Assembly: GCA_965250075.1 (NCBI GenBank)
Contig: CBDFNH010000007.1
Coordinates: 554,709 to 618,708, forward strand
DNA length: 64,000 nt
Source of the DNA: Mariniblastus sp.
GTDB lineage: Bacteria > Planctomycetota > Planctomycetia > Pirellulales > Pirellulaceae
Reading direction: 5' to 3'
Made by a program: the position numbers and the translations under genes. The notes under the pieces were generated by a model. That model ran no database searches and was not told the origin of the DNA. It saw only the letters and a program-made list of their open reading frames with translations. Of the stretch, positions 39,050 through 50,084 are shown piece by piece; within the stretch, counting starts at the first letter, position 1; the number at the start of each line of letters is the position of its first letter.

Positions 39050-39299
39050 ACCGGGTTCTCTCTCTAAGATCTCGCAATTGTTCCAAGCCACTAATGATGT
39101 TCGTTCACGGTCCACCAAAATAATTGCAGCAATATACCGTTGTAGACCACTCAATCGCAGGTGGTCGCTGATCGATATGGCCGGATATTCATAGGGTATT
39201 AGCGTCTAATTAGACCTTGAATCGCCCGGCTTCGACACGTACAATCGCTGGATTACTTTTCGACTTCAAAAGCACTAACGACATAAAGCCGACGATACG

Positions 39300-39524
39300 A
39301 TGACCATCGACAAAAGCCTGAAAATCAAAGCCGGGGCGAGCAAAACCCGCAACGTGATGACCCGTGCCGAACGCATCACCAAACTCATCGAACAGGAACG
39401 CTGGGCAGATGGCAATTCGGTTATGGGACTACCCAAAGTCCGTGTCCAGAAGATCTCGCTAAAGAAGAAAAAGAAGGTCAAGAAGACGGAAGAAGAAGGT
39501 GGTGAAGGGGAAGCCACGCCCTAG
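39300..39524 (+). CDS. small basic protein (74 aa) with Lys-rich tail
   Basis: MTIDKSLKIKAGASKTRNVMTRAERI...GLPKVRVQKISLKKKKKVKKTEEE. Followed by a strong terminator. Confidence 0.6.
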   Translation: MTIDKSLKIKAGASKTRNVMTRAERITKLIEQERWADGNSVMGLPKVRVQKISLKKKKKVKKTEEEGGEGEATP

Positions 39525-39553
39525 TCGGTTCTTGCGAACGGAAAATGAATTAC

Positions 39554-39586
39554 AAAAAGCCACTGCGGTTGCAGTGGCTTTTTTTT
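39554..39586. terminator. intrinsic terminator (A5-stem-T8, potentially bidirectional)
   Basis: AGCCACTGC (39558-39566) / GCAGTGGCT (39571-39579), loop GGTT, then T8. Lies between convergent genes. Confidence 0.85.
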
Positions 39587-39645
39587 GTGCCGTCACAATC
39601 GACAAATCACAGATTCGCCGTAGGCGATCGCGAAACCCGCCGGAT

Positions 39646-40080
39646 TCATGCAGCCCGACGAATAACGGGGCGGCCTAGGCTTGGAACCGGAACACAATCG
39701 ACCAACCCGTTATCGCGAAAGACTCGAATTTCAATCGAGTCCGTCATCCACTCGGCATGAAACAACCCAAGGCGGTATCTCATTCCGCAAAAATGGTCGT
39801 CGCGAAAAACGAATGACTCGCGGGGTCGGTCCTCCAACCGCGAAACCCGGCCGATCGCTTGATGCGAAAGGTCGCGAATCTCACGAGCGAGCTCAGGCGT
39901 CATCTCAGCGACAACCGATTCGCTTTGTTTAACTTCCGCGCCCTGTTTGCGGATGTCAATAATATCTGATGTTGGATCGTTATCCATTGCCGACAAAGCG
40001 TCCTTACAAAACTCTTTACAAAACGACGGTAGTTCGAACTTGATCAGCCGCCCTATTGATTGGACGTCGATGCAGTCCAT
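39646..40080 (-). CDS. hypothetical protein (144 aa)
   Basis: ATG confirmed at 40080. No recognisable motif; balanced composition. Confidence 0.5.
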   Translation of the reverse strand: MDCIDVQSIGRLIKFELPSFCKEFCKDALSAMDNDPTSDIIDIRKQGAEVKQSESVVAEMTPELAREIRDLSHQAIGRVSRLEDRPRESFVFRDDHFCGMRYRLGLFHAEWMTDSIEIRVFRDNGLVDCVPVPSLGRPVIRRAA

Positions 40081-40464
40081 TTATCGACAATTCCGAGTGT
40101 CCAGGGTTAACTTTCGCAGCAAATTCGGGCCGCTTTTAGCTCTGTTTCTCCATCACCGCGAACTGATATCATCGCTATTTTTTGAATAAAACGATGTCAA
40201 TCACGGGTATCCGGCTGTGATACCGTCGATTTGGCACCAGTTTATTCCGCTCACGTACGAATTAGTATTTGTGCTGCGTACCGAACTCGCTTTTCAGCAA
40301 GACGGCAAATTGCCGGCGTTGGGCCGGAGTTCTACGATTAACAAGGTTAATGATTAACAAAGTCAGCCAGCAGTACGCCAGCTGCGAGAAACGCCGTTTG
40401 ACGAGCCGGCCAAGCTACGTTTGCTCATTGGATTCCGGCATCAATTTAATAAGACAAGATAAGA

Positions 40465-41235
40465 ATGAATCACGAAACGCCTTCAGAACAAACAAACCGC
40501 AACGAACCAACGAACGACGCAGGGCCATCCGTGATCGGTTCCCCGCAACGTGGCGACCACCTCCGTGTGCGATACCGGTTCTACCATCATCACGGAATTG
40601 AAATGGGCGACGGCACGGTGATTCACTTTGGACGCGGTCTCAGCGACATCGCCAACGCCAGAGTCGAAATTGTCACACGAGACGAATTCGCAGCGGGACG
40701 TGAAATCCAGGTAGTGAACAGCCCGTCAGATTTCTCTGCTGACCAGATCATTGACCGCGCGATCAGTCGGGTAGACGAAACGAATTACAATTTGTTCAAC
40801 AACAACTGCGAGCACTTTGTGAACTGGTGCCGGCACGACCGCGCCGAAAGCCGCCAGATTTCACAAACCGAGTCACTGGCGCGGTTCGCTGCGGCGGCAA
40901 TTAGCAAACCGGTCGTCACGCGGGTCTTCTCACGCCAGCTCGGCAAGCAGATGGCTCGCCAGGCGGCAACGCGTTGCGGAGCAGCAGCTCTGGCAGGAGA
41001 TGCCTCGCAAGCGGCCGTCGAAATGTACGCTACAAAGCGCGGCGTCAATCGCGAATCAGCTCGAAAAATCGGATTGCAGGCGGGAGCAGCAACCGCGGCA
41101 ACGACAGGCCTTGCCGTCGGAGGCCCCGTCGGCAGCGCTGCCGGATTGGTGATGTGGGCGGCCGGCCAGGTGATTGCCGGTCGGACCGTTGATCGGACGA
41201 AGCAATTCGCCAATGACTCAATTCACCGTTTGTAG
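40465..41235 (+). CDS. LRAT/NlpC-P60-like papain-fold protein with Gly/Ala-rich C-terminal membrane segment
   Basis: H-box YHHHGIEMGDGTVIHF and catalytic NCEHFVNWC. C-terminal GLQAGAATAATTGLAVGGPVGSAAGLVMWAAGQVIAG is glycine-zipper-like. Confidence 0.75.
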   Translation: MNHETPSEQTNRNEPTNDAGPSVIGSPQRGDHLRVRYRFYHHHGIEMGDGTVIHFGRGLSDIANARVEIVTRDEFAAGREIQVVNSPSDFSADQIIDRAISRVDETNYNLFNNNCEHFVNWCRHDRAESRQISQTESLARFAAAAISKPVVTRVFSRQLGKQMARQAATRCGAAALAGDASQAAVEMYATKRGVNRESARKIGLQAGAATAATTGLAVGGPVGSAAGLVMWAAGQVIAGRTVDRTKQFANDSIHRL

Positions 41236-41298
41236 AGCATGCGTCTGACCATCAGGCATTCGGCGATCATCAGGCGCGCGCCTAGCCGGAATTCCGGG

Positions 41299-42273
41299 CT
41301 AAACCAGTGATCCACGTTCGGCGATCGCGTCGTCGATACGTACCATCCCCACGTCGCTGATCGTTAACGCCAGCGAAGCTGCGGTTTCCCGAATTTGCCA
41401 ATCACGCTTTGCACCACTCAACACAGAGGTGATTCCGGATTGTGCGATCGTCCAGCAAATCACGAGTTGAGCGATGGTCATCGATTCGTCGGCGGCAATC
41501 GTTTCAAGACGGTCCAGAAAATCCTGCGTCCGGTTCCAGTTGTCACCCTGATAGACGCCGTAGGTAAGACGTTTGTCTTCCGGATCAAACTTGAAGTCGC
41601 GCCGCATCTTACCGGCCAGCACTCCCTTCATTAGCGGCCAGTACGTAACCACGGAAACATTCCGTTTATTGCACCACGGAATGATATCTTCCTCGATGTC
41701 GCGCTGGAGCATGTTGTACGGCGGCTGAACCGCAGAGACAGGACAGACCGACTGAAATTCGTCCATCTGCTCGATCGTCAAATTAGAGACTCCGGCACTG
41801 CGGATTTTCCCTTGCTCCAGCAGCTTCGCAAATGCGGTTGCCGAATCGCCGACAGGTACTGCAGGATCTGGCGCATGAAGATAATACAGATCAATTTCAG
41901 TGATCCCCATTCTGTGCATGCTCTCTTCACACTCGAGTATGATCATACCGGGCGATCCGTCATATTTTCGCTCGGTGGGTGAATCCCAGTGAATCCCGCC
42001 TTTGCTGGCGATCACCAGCGACTCTCGCGACAGATCCCGGATCGCACGCCCAATCAGTTTTTCACTTTCGCCGTTTGCTCCATAGCAATAGGCCGCATCA
42101 ATAAAATTGATGCCGGAATCAACCGCAGCGCGGACAGTTGCTATTGAATTGGTGTCGTCCACATTCAGCGACGTCATTCCAGCAATCGGCCAGCTTCCAA
42201 ACGCGACCGGTGTGACCCGAATATCTGAAGTGCCGATTTGCCTGAGTTCACATTTGTTTCCGGACTGGCTCAT
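41299..42273 (-). CDS. aldo/keto reductase
   Basis: 324 aa, ATG confirmed. GINFIDAAYCYG, LYYLHAPD, IRSAGVSN, QPPYNMLQRDIEEDIIPWC. Confidence 0.9.
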   Translation of the reverse strand: MSQSGNKCELRQIGTSDIRVTPVAFGSWPIAGMTSLNVDDTNSIATVRAAVDSGINFIDAAYCYGANGESEKLIGRAIRDLSRESLVIASKGGIHWDSPTERKYDGSPGMIILECEESMHRMGITEIDLYYLHAPDPAVPVGDSATAFAKLLEQGKIRSAGVSNLTIEQMDEFQSVCPVSAVQPPYNMLQRDIEEDIIPWCNKRNVSVVTYWPLMKGVLAGKMRRDFKFDPEDKRLTYGVYQGDNWNRTQDFLDRLETIAADESMTIAQLVICWTIAQSGITSVLSGAKRDWQIRETAASLALTISDVGMVRIDDAIAERGSLV

Positions 42274-42453
42274 TTTCTTGTTCCGTTCGTAATTCTTCAG
42301 CCTGGTGAATTGCGCTATCGCGAAACGATGTTCAGCTGTACCGGTCGATAGCCATCATTCACGTTCGCGCAATCGCGGCTGTCGGGCAACACACACCGGT
42401 GCTACTTACTTATTCCGCCCGGCTGAATTGTAACGCCTGCAACGTAACGTGAC

Positions 42454-43290
42454 CTACTTTGCCGCCACGATGTAGCAGACCCAACACGCAGCGCTTTCGG
42501 CGGTTTCCATTTGTTCGTATTCGCCGGTGTCCTCGCCGTCCTCGTCCTCGGTTTCCCAATAGACATAACTTGCGCTGAACCCGGCTTCGGCCAGCATTTC
42601 GCGCACTTCGGGAATCGTCCAGAAACGCCAGTGGTATTCAAAGGCGCGTTTCAGCTTGCTGCCGTCGCGAAATCGGAATGAGATATAGAAACTGGCATCA
42701 TGATTCACCGGATTGAAGCTCGCCTGTTCCCAGTGATATTTGAATCTTTTTTTCCCTTTGAGAATCTTGCGTTTGTCGGTTTGACCTTCAACGTAGCATT
42801 CGCCGCCGCCCATCATGTCCATGACCATCAGGCCTTCTGATTTCAGGTTGGCCCGTGCCGTCTTGAAATACTCGACCACAGCTTCGCGTGTTTTGAAAAT
42901 CCAGAACGAAAAATTTTGTGCAGCAAGGATATCAACGGCCGGTCGGTTTTTCTTTCGCACGTCCTGGTTGATCAGCTTGACTCGTTTCTGCTGGGCGGAT
43001 TTCAGCTTGGCCAGATTGTTGTCGCGGCCCCACTGCAGGGTTTCCTCATCGAGATCAATTCCAAGTGCGGTCCGTTTCGAGTTCGATTTCGCCCACTCGC
43101 AACAGACCGCAAACGTGCCGCAAAAATCTTCCCGCAATGCATACGGCTTGCGGTCGTAGATTTCTTTGAAGACGTGCTCAAAGAATTCAACTTCATGTTC
43201 AGGTGACTGGACTGATTTCTGGTAGCAGGCGAACTTGTCTGCTTTGTCGGCAAGAGTCTTGCGTTGTTTTTTTCGATTGCCGCTGCCCAT
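42454..43290 (-). CDS. class I SAM-dependent methyltransferase
   Basis: 278 aa, ATG confirmed. Motif I-like LREDFCGTFAVCCEW...RTALGIDLD and post-I AAQNFSFWIF. Confidence 0.7.
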   Translation of the reverse strand: MGSGNRKKQRKTLADKADKFACYQKSVQSPEHEVEFFEHVFKEIYDRKPYALREDFCGTFAVCCEWAKSNSKRTALGIDLDEETLQWGRDNNLAKLKSAQQKRVKLINQDVRKKNRPAVDILAAQNFSFWIFKTREAVVEYFKTARANLKSEGLMVMDMMGGGECYVEGQTDKRKILKGKKRFKYHWEQASFNPVNHDASFYISFRFRDGSKLKRAFEYHWRFWTIPEVREMLAEAGFSASYVYWETEDEDGEDTGEYEQMETAESAACWVCYIVAAK

Positions 43291-44091
43291 TGTCGTGCCT
43301 GATAATTGTCATGATGCGAGTCAATAATGAACATCTGAATGTACTTGCAAGCAGCCCCGGAAACGAGCCTCGCAAAGGACATGCAAGAGTAATACCGGAA
43401 TAATGCAGCCGGGTTTGACCCCCTGAGCCTCAGGAGCCGACTGTCGGGAAAGTTCATGTCAAACAGTTCGTGGACGATAGCCTTTCGATTTCGGCGTTTT
43501 AAGTTTTGCCCAAATTCAAAGCCACTTGAATGAGATTGTTAAGTAAGCGCGTGAGCCAAGGCAGCACAAAGAACTGCCAAGTACGCTATGAGAACCATCA
43601 GTTGTTTCAGCTCAAATTTCATCCCGATAATTCTACCAGGTTCTAAGGCCGATCCGTCCCGTTGATCTGACGACGCTGGCCACTGAGATGCTGTTTCGTC
43701 CCGGTGAACGGCATGCAGACGTTGGCAGTGGCACCATAGGTGCGCAGTTTGATAACTCTCAATTAGGGTGAACCGACGTTGCCGGACGATCGGCCATTGG
43801 CCAAACCGACGTTTTCAAACGGCGTCGAGAAACTGATGACCAAGGTCGTCAGTTGGCAGCGGGAACACTACGCATTGTCCAACTGGTCACGCGCTAACGA
43901 CCGGATCCGCGAAGTCGGCATCTGGGCTGTCGATCGCGGTATCTGCAAATTAATCCGTTTTTCATTGCTGCCCAAGCCGGAGCAGGTGCAAAATCAGGTG
44001 AGAGTCCGAATTTGCGTGAGACGTTTTAGGTAGAAATTTAGGTTGCCGGATTTGTTTTATTTGTCGTATTTGTTTTCAAAAACGACCGGAG

Positions 44092-44164
44092 TGACCCCTA
44101 CGGGACTCGAACCCGTGTTGCCGGCGTGAAAGGCCGGAGTCCTGGACCACTAGACGAAGGGGCC
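44092..44164 (-). tRNA. tRNA-Glu (anticodon UUC)
   Basis: GGCCCCTTCGTCTAGTGGTCCAGGACTCCGGCCTTTCACGCCGGCAACACGGGTTCGAGTCCCGTAGGGGTCA. Full cloverleaf, anticodon loop CTTTCAC, near-identical architecture to E. coli tRNA-Glu. CCA is not encoded. Confidence 0.95.
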
Positions 44165-44528
44165 GGTCGGATGTTCATCGACAAACTATGCTGCAAGGAT
44201 TAGACAATCCCTGCCCTGAGCGAACAACTCCTAAAGTCATCCCGCCGTGAATGTTCGCGAAACGAAATATCGCCCCGCGAAAGACGGTGTAAATTAATAT
44301 CTCCCCCCGAAGCGCGTCAATAGCGGTGGGAAGAAAGCAGTGGAAATGGCTTTCATGCTGGAACGTGGTCGGCCGATTCATCAATCAATCTGGTCAATAA
44401 GAGACTACAGATTTGGCCATCCAATCTCTACCGTTGCGATCGTCAGGCCGCCAAGAGAAATTCAATGGCAACCGGCAACGGTGAGTCGCTAATCGAATAG
44501 AGAGAGCGTAGGGGGCCGGGTTCGCGCG

Positions 44529-44559
44529 AAAAAAACGCCTCGTCAACCGATGACGAAGC
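44529..44559 (-). terminator. intrinsic terminator of csrA
   Basis: Minus strand: CUUCGUCA-UCGGU-UGACGAGG (8 bp including one G-U), then CG-U7. Lies 60 nt after the csrA stop. Confidence 0.75.
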
Positions 44560-44618
44560 AACAAATTTTTCTGTTTAAACTAGAGCGCGCAAGGGCACGG
44601 AAACCGCGTTTTTCGCGA

Positions 44619-44855
44619 TTACTCGGCGGTTGCGGCCGCGTCACCTTCAATAGAAGGACTCGCCTGGCCTGTAACACCGTTATTCTGTTGCTCGGATCGC
44701 TTGATCGCATCGTAGACTTCACGCCTGTGTACGGGGACCTCCTTGGGAGCCTCCACGCCAAGACGGACTTTGTCGCCACGAATCTCCACGACGACAATTT
44801 TGATGTCGTCGTTGATCACGATACTCTCGTTTTTCTTACGGGACAGAACTAGCAT
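44619..44855 (-). CDS. csrA: carbon storage regulator CsrA
   Basis: ATG at 44855. [54 protein letters not shown] Shine-Dalgarno 8 nt upstream. Confidence 0.93.
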   Translation of the reverse strand: MLVLSRKKNESIVINDDIKIVVVEIRGDKVRLGVEAPKEVPVHRREVYDAIKRSEQQNNGVTGQASPSIEGDAAATAE

Positions 44856-45032
44856 CTGACATTCCTTTGGTCTCGAACAGTCCCTGCTGGACTGAGTGTG
44901 TGCGTCTTTCGGCCTCAACTTTCTGGGGGCTTGACAGCCGCAAAAAGACGGTTTTCATTACTCAACTTTACGTGCTGAGACCTGATAGTCAACAAAATCA
45001 GACCCCCAAACAGGCAATTTCGAGTCAAAGAC

Positions 45033-45374
45033 TCACTTTTGCTGCCAATAAAGGAAATCACGGCCTAAATTGCCATCATTTTGCTGGACGACAGCTCCAT
45101 AGATCAGGCCCAAACCGTACCATTTACCATGCACCCAACTGTCACCCGGGTATGGATTTCGCCAATGGATTGGTTGAATATCAAACTCACACGTATTACA
45201 CGACTGCCGCCAACCCAATTCCGGCGGCCCGAATTTCCGTGCCCTGAAGAATCTGGCTTGTTTCGCCTGCTCGAATTCGTACCCATCGCTATCACCGGGT
45301 ATTCCAGTCACCCATTTGACGAAAAAGACTGACGCATGCCAGACTCTTTTGAACTGTTCGATACTCACGCACAT
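45033..45374 (-). CDS. possible small Trp-rich hypothetical protein (start uncertain)
   Basis: 3' part of ORF 45033..45812. It fills the otherwise empty 480-nt csrA-tatD gap. The first in-gap ATG at 45374 overlaps the tatD 5' end antisense by 39 nt. No motif recognised. Confidence 0.25.
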   Translation of the reverse strand: MCVSIEQFKRVWHASVFFVKWVTGIPGDSDGYEFEQAKQARFFRARKFGPPELGWRQSCNTCEFDIQPIHWRNPYPGDSWVHGKWYGLGLIYGAVVQQNDGNLGRDFLYWQQK

Positions 45375-46124
45375 CTCGACGATCCTCAAATCCGAGCCAA
45401 TCTTGATCAGCACCTGGATAATGCCCTCGAGGCTGGAGTGGCTTGGATCACTGCGATCGGCACGACGCTCGAATCGAGTCGCACGTGTGTCGATATCGCT
45501 TGCCGCTATGAACCTGTTTTTGCAGCTGTCGGAATTCACCCTAACCATTGTAAGAAGGCTTGCGACCAAGATTGGCAGTTGATCGGGCAACTCGCCGCTC
45601 GACCGGAAGTCGTGGCAATCGGAGAAACCGGCCTCGACCGACATTGGGACTACACGCCATTCGAAACCCAGCTGCACTGGTTCGATCGGCATCATGACCT
45701 GTCGCGTAAAACCGGCAAACCGATGGTTGTTCACATGCGTGATTGCGAGTCCGACATTCTCAGCGCCGTCGAACGATTTTCCGCGATCGGACCCGTCAAT
45801 GGAATCATGCACTCCTTCGCAGGTTCACGGGAGACTGCCGGGCGATGCCTGAAAGCCGGTATGCACGTCAGCTTTGCCGGAATGGTCACATTCAAGAAAA
45901 GTGCGGAGCTGCGCGAGATTGCCGCAATGATTCCGGCGAATCGGCTGCTGGTCGAAACCGATGCGCCTTACCTTTCTCCGAATCCACACCGAAGCCGGAG
46001 ACCAAACGAACCCGCCCTGGTGGTTCACACCGCCCGTTGCATCGCGGACGCTCGCGGAATTTCGTTCGAGGAACTTGCTGCTACCACCACGGCCAACGCG
46101 CGACGACTGTTCGGGCTTTCTTGA
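45336..46124 (+). CDS. tatD: TatD-family metal-dependent hydrolase
   Basis: 262 aa. FDTHAHLD, GETGLDRHW, VVHMRD, HSFAG, ETDAPYL. Confidence 0.9.
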   Translation: MPDSFELFDTHAHLDDPQIRANLDQHLDNALEAGVAWITAIGTTLESSRTCVDIACRYEPVFAAVGIHPNHCKKACDQDWQLIGQLAARPEVVAIGETGLDRHWDYTPFETQLHWFDRHHDLSRKTGKPMVVHMRDCESDILSAVERFSAIGPVNGIMHSFAGSRETAGRCLKAGMHVSFAGMVTFKKSAELREIAAMIPANRLLVETDAPYLSPNPHRSRRPNEPALVVHTARCIADARGISFEELAATTTANARRLFGLS

Positions 46125-46126
46125 GA

Positions 46127-46327
46127 CTATGACGGCGCAACAATCTCGGCGACAACGATCGCGACAACCACTGCAAACGTCGTATACGCCAACTGAGGGT
46201 CGACGCGTTCGGGCTCCGCGAGAAACTCCTTGACCGATCCGGGTTTGTGCCAACAGAAAAGGCCGCCGAACATTGCAACCATGCCAAAGGCCAGGAGGCT
46301 CCAGAATGGCGATCCGGTACGAAGCAT
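46127..46327 (-). CDS. possible small two-TM membrane protein downstream of secY
   Basis: MLRTGSPFWSLLAFGMVAMFGGLFCW...YTTFAVVVAIVVAEIVAP. Lies ~90 nt after the secY stop on the same strand. No homology recognisable. Confidence 0.35.
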   Translation of the reverse strand: MLRTGSPFWSLLAFGMVAMFGGLFCWHKPGSVKEFLAEPERVDPQLAYTTFAVVVAIVVAEIVAPS

Positions 46328-46417
46328 CTCGCCGCAGTCACCCCACACGATCAAACGCACCGAACGCAATGTAAGCCCCGTTGGCGTCCTTTGTCAGAAG
46401 ACATCTTTCGCCCTCAA

Positions 46418-47809
<1,392 letters not shown>

Positions 47810-47939
47810 CGTTTACTTCCTGATTGCCCGCCGTCCGTGCCGCAATCGGATCGCTGCGGAATCGTGCCGCAGGATCAAGTTGCTCGCAAAGGCCGGCGAA
47901 TTCGTGCCTACTTTTGAGCTGACTTCTTTGGTTTCTGGA

Positions 47940-48431
47940 TTATCGCGTTTTTTGCTTCATCTTGTTCTTGACCACAGGCTTCTTGCCCGGCAGAACAATG
48001 CACTCGCCACCAGCCGCTTCGATTTTTTCGCGGGCCGATTTACTGAAGCGATGGGCTGTGACCTTCAGCGCCTTGGTGACATCACCGTCACCGAGAACCT
48101 TGAGTACGTCATAGCGGTAGTTGGCAAAACCGTTCTCACGAATGGTCTGCATGTTAATGTCGTCACCGGCTTCAAAATATTCGTTCAGTTCGGCGACGTT
48201 AACTTCGCCAACCTTCAGCGCGAACTTGTTATTGAATCCGCGTTTTGGAAGTAGGCGGAACATCGGCATCGATCCGCCGCGGAAATTGACGCCCTGCGAA
48301 TGACCCGCGCGCGAACGCTGCCCCTTGTGTCCCTTGCCCGCTGTCTTACCCAGACCCGAACCGGTACCACGACCGATTCGCTTGCGGCGCTTGAATTTCC
48401 GGATGCCTTCGTTAATGTCGTTTAGATTCAC
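47940..48431 (-). CDS. rplO: 50S ribosomal protein L15
   Basis: GTG start overlapping the rpsE stop (GTGA, 48428-48431). RKRIGRGTGSGLGKTAGKGHKGQ. Confidence 0.95.
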   Translation of the reverse strand: MNLNDINEGIRKFKRRKRIGRGTGSGLGKTAGKGHKGQRSRAGHSQGVNFRGGSMPMFRLLPKRGFNNKFALKVGEVNVAELNEYFEAGDDINMQTIRENGFANYRYDVLKVLGDGDVTKALKVTAHRFSKSAREKIEAAGGECIVLPGKKPVVKNKMKQKTR

Positions 48432-48907
48432 AGCTCGACTCCTCGCAGTCGTTCAATATCTTCTTTGGTTCGCAGCGACTGAAGGGCACCGATCGTCGCT
48501 TTGACGAGCGTCACCGGATTATTGCTGCCGAAACTTTTAGTCAGAATGTTTTTGATGCCTGCCGCTTCGCAAACTGCACGAACCGCAGAGCCGGCGATGA
48601 TACCGGTACCGGGACCGGCGGGAAGCAGAACCACTCGAGCCGCACCGAAACGTCCATCGACGCGATGCGGAATCGTGCCATCGACGATCGGCACCTGCAC
48701 CTGCGAGCGGTTAGCCTGCTTGTTTGCCTTCTCGACGCTGGGCGGAACCTCATTCGCTTTTCCGTAACCCCAGCCAACTTTGCCGTTGCCGTCACCGACC
48801 ACGGTCATGGCCGCAAAGCTAAAACGGCGGCCACCTTTGACCACGGCTGCACAGCGTTTGATTTTTACGGTCTGCTCGAGATTGTTTGATTGATTGTCGT
48901 GTGCCAC
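48428..48907 (-). CDS. rpsE: 30S ribosomal protein S5
   Basis: GTG start. VKGGRRFSFAAMTVVGDGNGKVGWGYGKA. Confidence 0.95.
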   Translation of the reverse strand: MAHDNQSNNLEQTVKIKRCAAVVKGGRRFSFAAMTVVGDGNGKVGWGYGKANEVPPSVEKANKQANRSQVQVPIVDGTIPHRVDGRFGAARVVLLPAGPGTGIIAGSAVRAVCEAAGIKNILTKSFGSNNPVTLVKATIGALQSLRTKEDIERLRGVEL

Positions 48908-48945
48908 GGCACTACCTTTTTGTTACTCGTTCTTGTCTTTTCGCT

Positions 48946-48968
48946 CGTCGGCAGGATGCCAACGCTAC
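48946..48968. repeat. REP-like hairpin CGTCGGCA-GGA-TGCCAACGCTAC (single copy)
   Basis: In the 61-nt rplR-rpsE spacer. 23/23 identical to 61240-61262. Confidence 0.85.
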
Positions 48969-49337
48969 CTAGAACTCCAGCCCGCCCTCACGTGCGGCAT
49001 TCGCCAGTTCAGCAACGCGACCGTGGAATTTGTAACTGCCGCGATCGAATTTCGCTGCCGTCACTCCAGCCGCTTTTGCCCGTTCTGCGATCGCAGCACC
49101 GATGATCTTGGCCGCTTCACAGTTGCCGCCGTACTTGATCTTCGAAGCAATATCCTTGTCACGCGTCGAAGCCGAGGCGACGGTTTTCCGCGCCGCATCA
49201 TCAATCAACTGACAATACAGATGCTTGTTGCTGCGATGGATACTCAAACGAGGACGCTCGGCATCACCGCGAACTTTTTTGCGGACGCGATTCTTTCGAC
49301 GCCAGCGCTGTTTGTTTGCAAGTTGTTGAGCTCTCAC
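48969..49337 (-). CDS. rplR: 50S ribosomal protein L18
   Basis: GTG start. RKKVRGDAERPRLSIHRSNKHLYCQLIDD...GRVAELANAAREGGLEF. Confidence 0.95.
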   Translation of the reverse strand: MRAQQLANKQRWRRKNRVRKKVRGDAERPRLSIHRSNKHLYCQLIDDAARKTVASASTRDKDIASKIKYGGNCEAAKIIGAAIAERAKAAGVTAAKFDRGSYKFHGRVAELANAAREGGLEF

Positions 49338-49421
49338 GGTACCGTCTCACTTCTACTATTCGTTTTGTCGTTATCGTTTTTTCAGCGGTTGCCTGCTATC
49401 CACAACCACCGACTGCCGTCA

Positions 49422-49967
49422 CTACTGCTTGGCAGCTTTACCCGGTTTGATCTTCACGTACTCGCCCACGTATCGAATCCCTTTACCCTTGTAAGGTTCA
49501 GGTTTTCGCAGGGCCCGGACCGAAGCAGCAAACTGGCCGACGGCCTGTTTGTCACAGCCGTCAACATTGATGTGCGTTTGATCAGGGCAGGTGACGTTGA
49601 CTCCCGGCGGAACTTTGACAACCAGTTCGTTGGCAAGCCCGACCCGCAGTTTCAGTGTATCGCCCTGCAAATTGCAGACGTAACCGACGCCCTGCAATTC
49701 AAGCTTCTGCTCGTACCCGTCTTTGACTCCAACCACCATATTGGCGATCAAAGCCCGGGTCAGTCCGTGCAGTGCTCGCGACATCCGGTCGTCCTTCTTG
49801 CGGGCGACCACAATATCTTTTGTTTCGTCGTCAATCTTGACCGTAATTTCATTGCGGTAATCAAAATTGAGCTTCCCTTTCGGGCCTTCGACTGCAACCG
49901 AACCGTCGGTCAAATCAACTTTGACGCCGTCGAGAACGGGAATCGGTTTATTGCCAATACGAGACAT
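49422..49967 (-). CDS. rplF: 50S ribosomal protein L6
   Basis: MSRIGNKPIPVLDGVKV...PEPYKGKGIRY. Confidence 0.95.
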   Translation of the reverse strand: MSRIGNKPIPVLDGVKVDLTDGSVAVEGPKGKLNFDYRNEITVKIDDETKDIVVARKKDDRMSRALHGLTRALIANMVVGVKDGYEQKLELQGVGYVCNLQGDTLKLRVGLANELVVKVPPGVNVTCPDQTHINVDGCDKQAVGQFAASVRALRKPEPYKGKGIRYVGEYVKIKPGKAAKQ

Positions 49968-50084
49968 GACTCGTCAACTTTCCAGTGATGGTTTCTTCGT
50001 TTTACTAATGGTCGATTAAGCGAACTGGATGGATTCCGGCAAAGCAAACGGCACCAGTCGTCCGCTGTAGCAGTCGGAAGATCG

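Noticed and set aside
43779-44033. 84-aa TTG-initiated ORF in the gene-poor interval before tRNA-Glu
   Set aside because: Codon usage in its first half looks coding-like, so it may be another gene remnant. However, there is no ATG, no RBS and no recognisable motif, which is not enough to call.
44165-44618. CsrB/RsmZ-like sponge sRNA next to csrA
   Set aside because: There are only a handful of GGA triplets and none are arranged as repeated hairpin-loop motifs. ORF 44175..44384 also looks spurious. There is no support from sequence alone.
48894-49988. 364-aa plus-strand ORF across rplR/rplF. Similar long antisense ORFs are 6812..7795 over glnII, 46805..47662 over secY, 8813..9631 over nadC and 21173..21910.
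   Set aside because: All are mirror frames of strongly supported genes, initiate at non-ATG codons in several cases, and have no recognisable domains.
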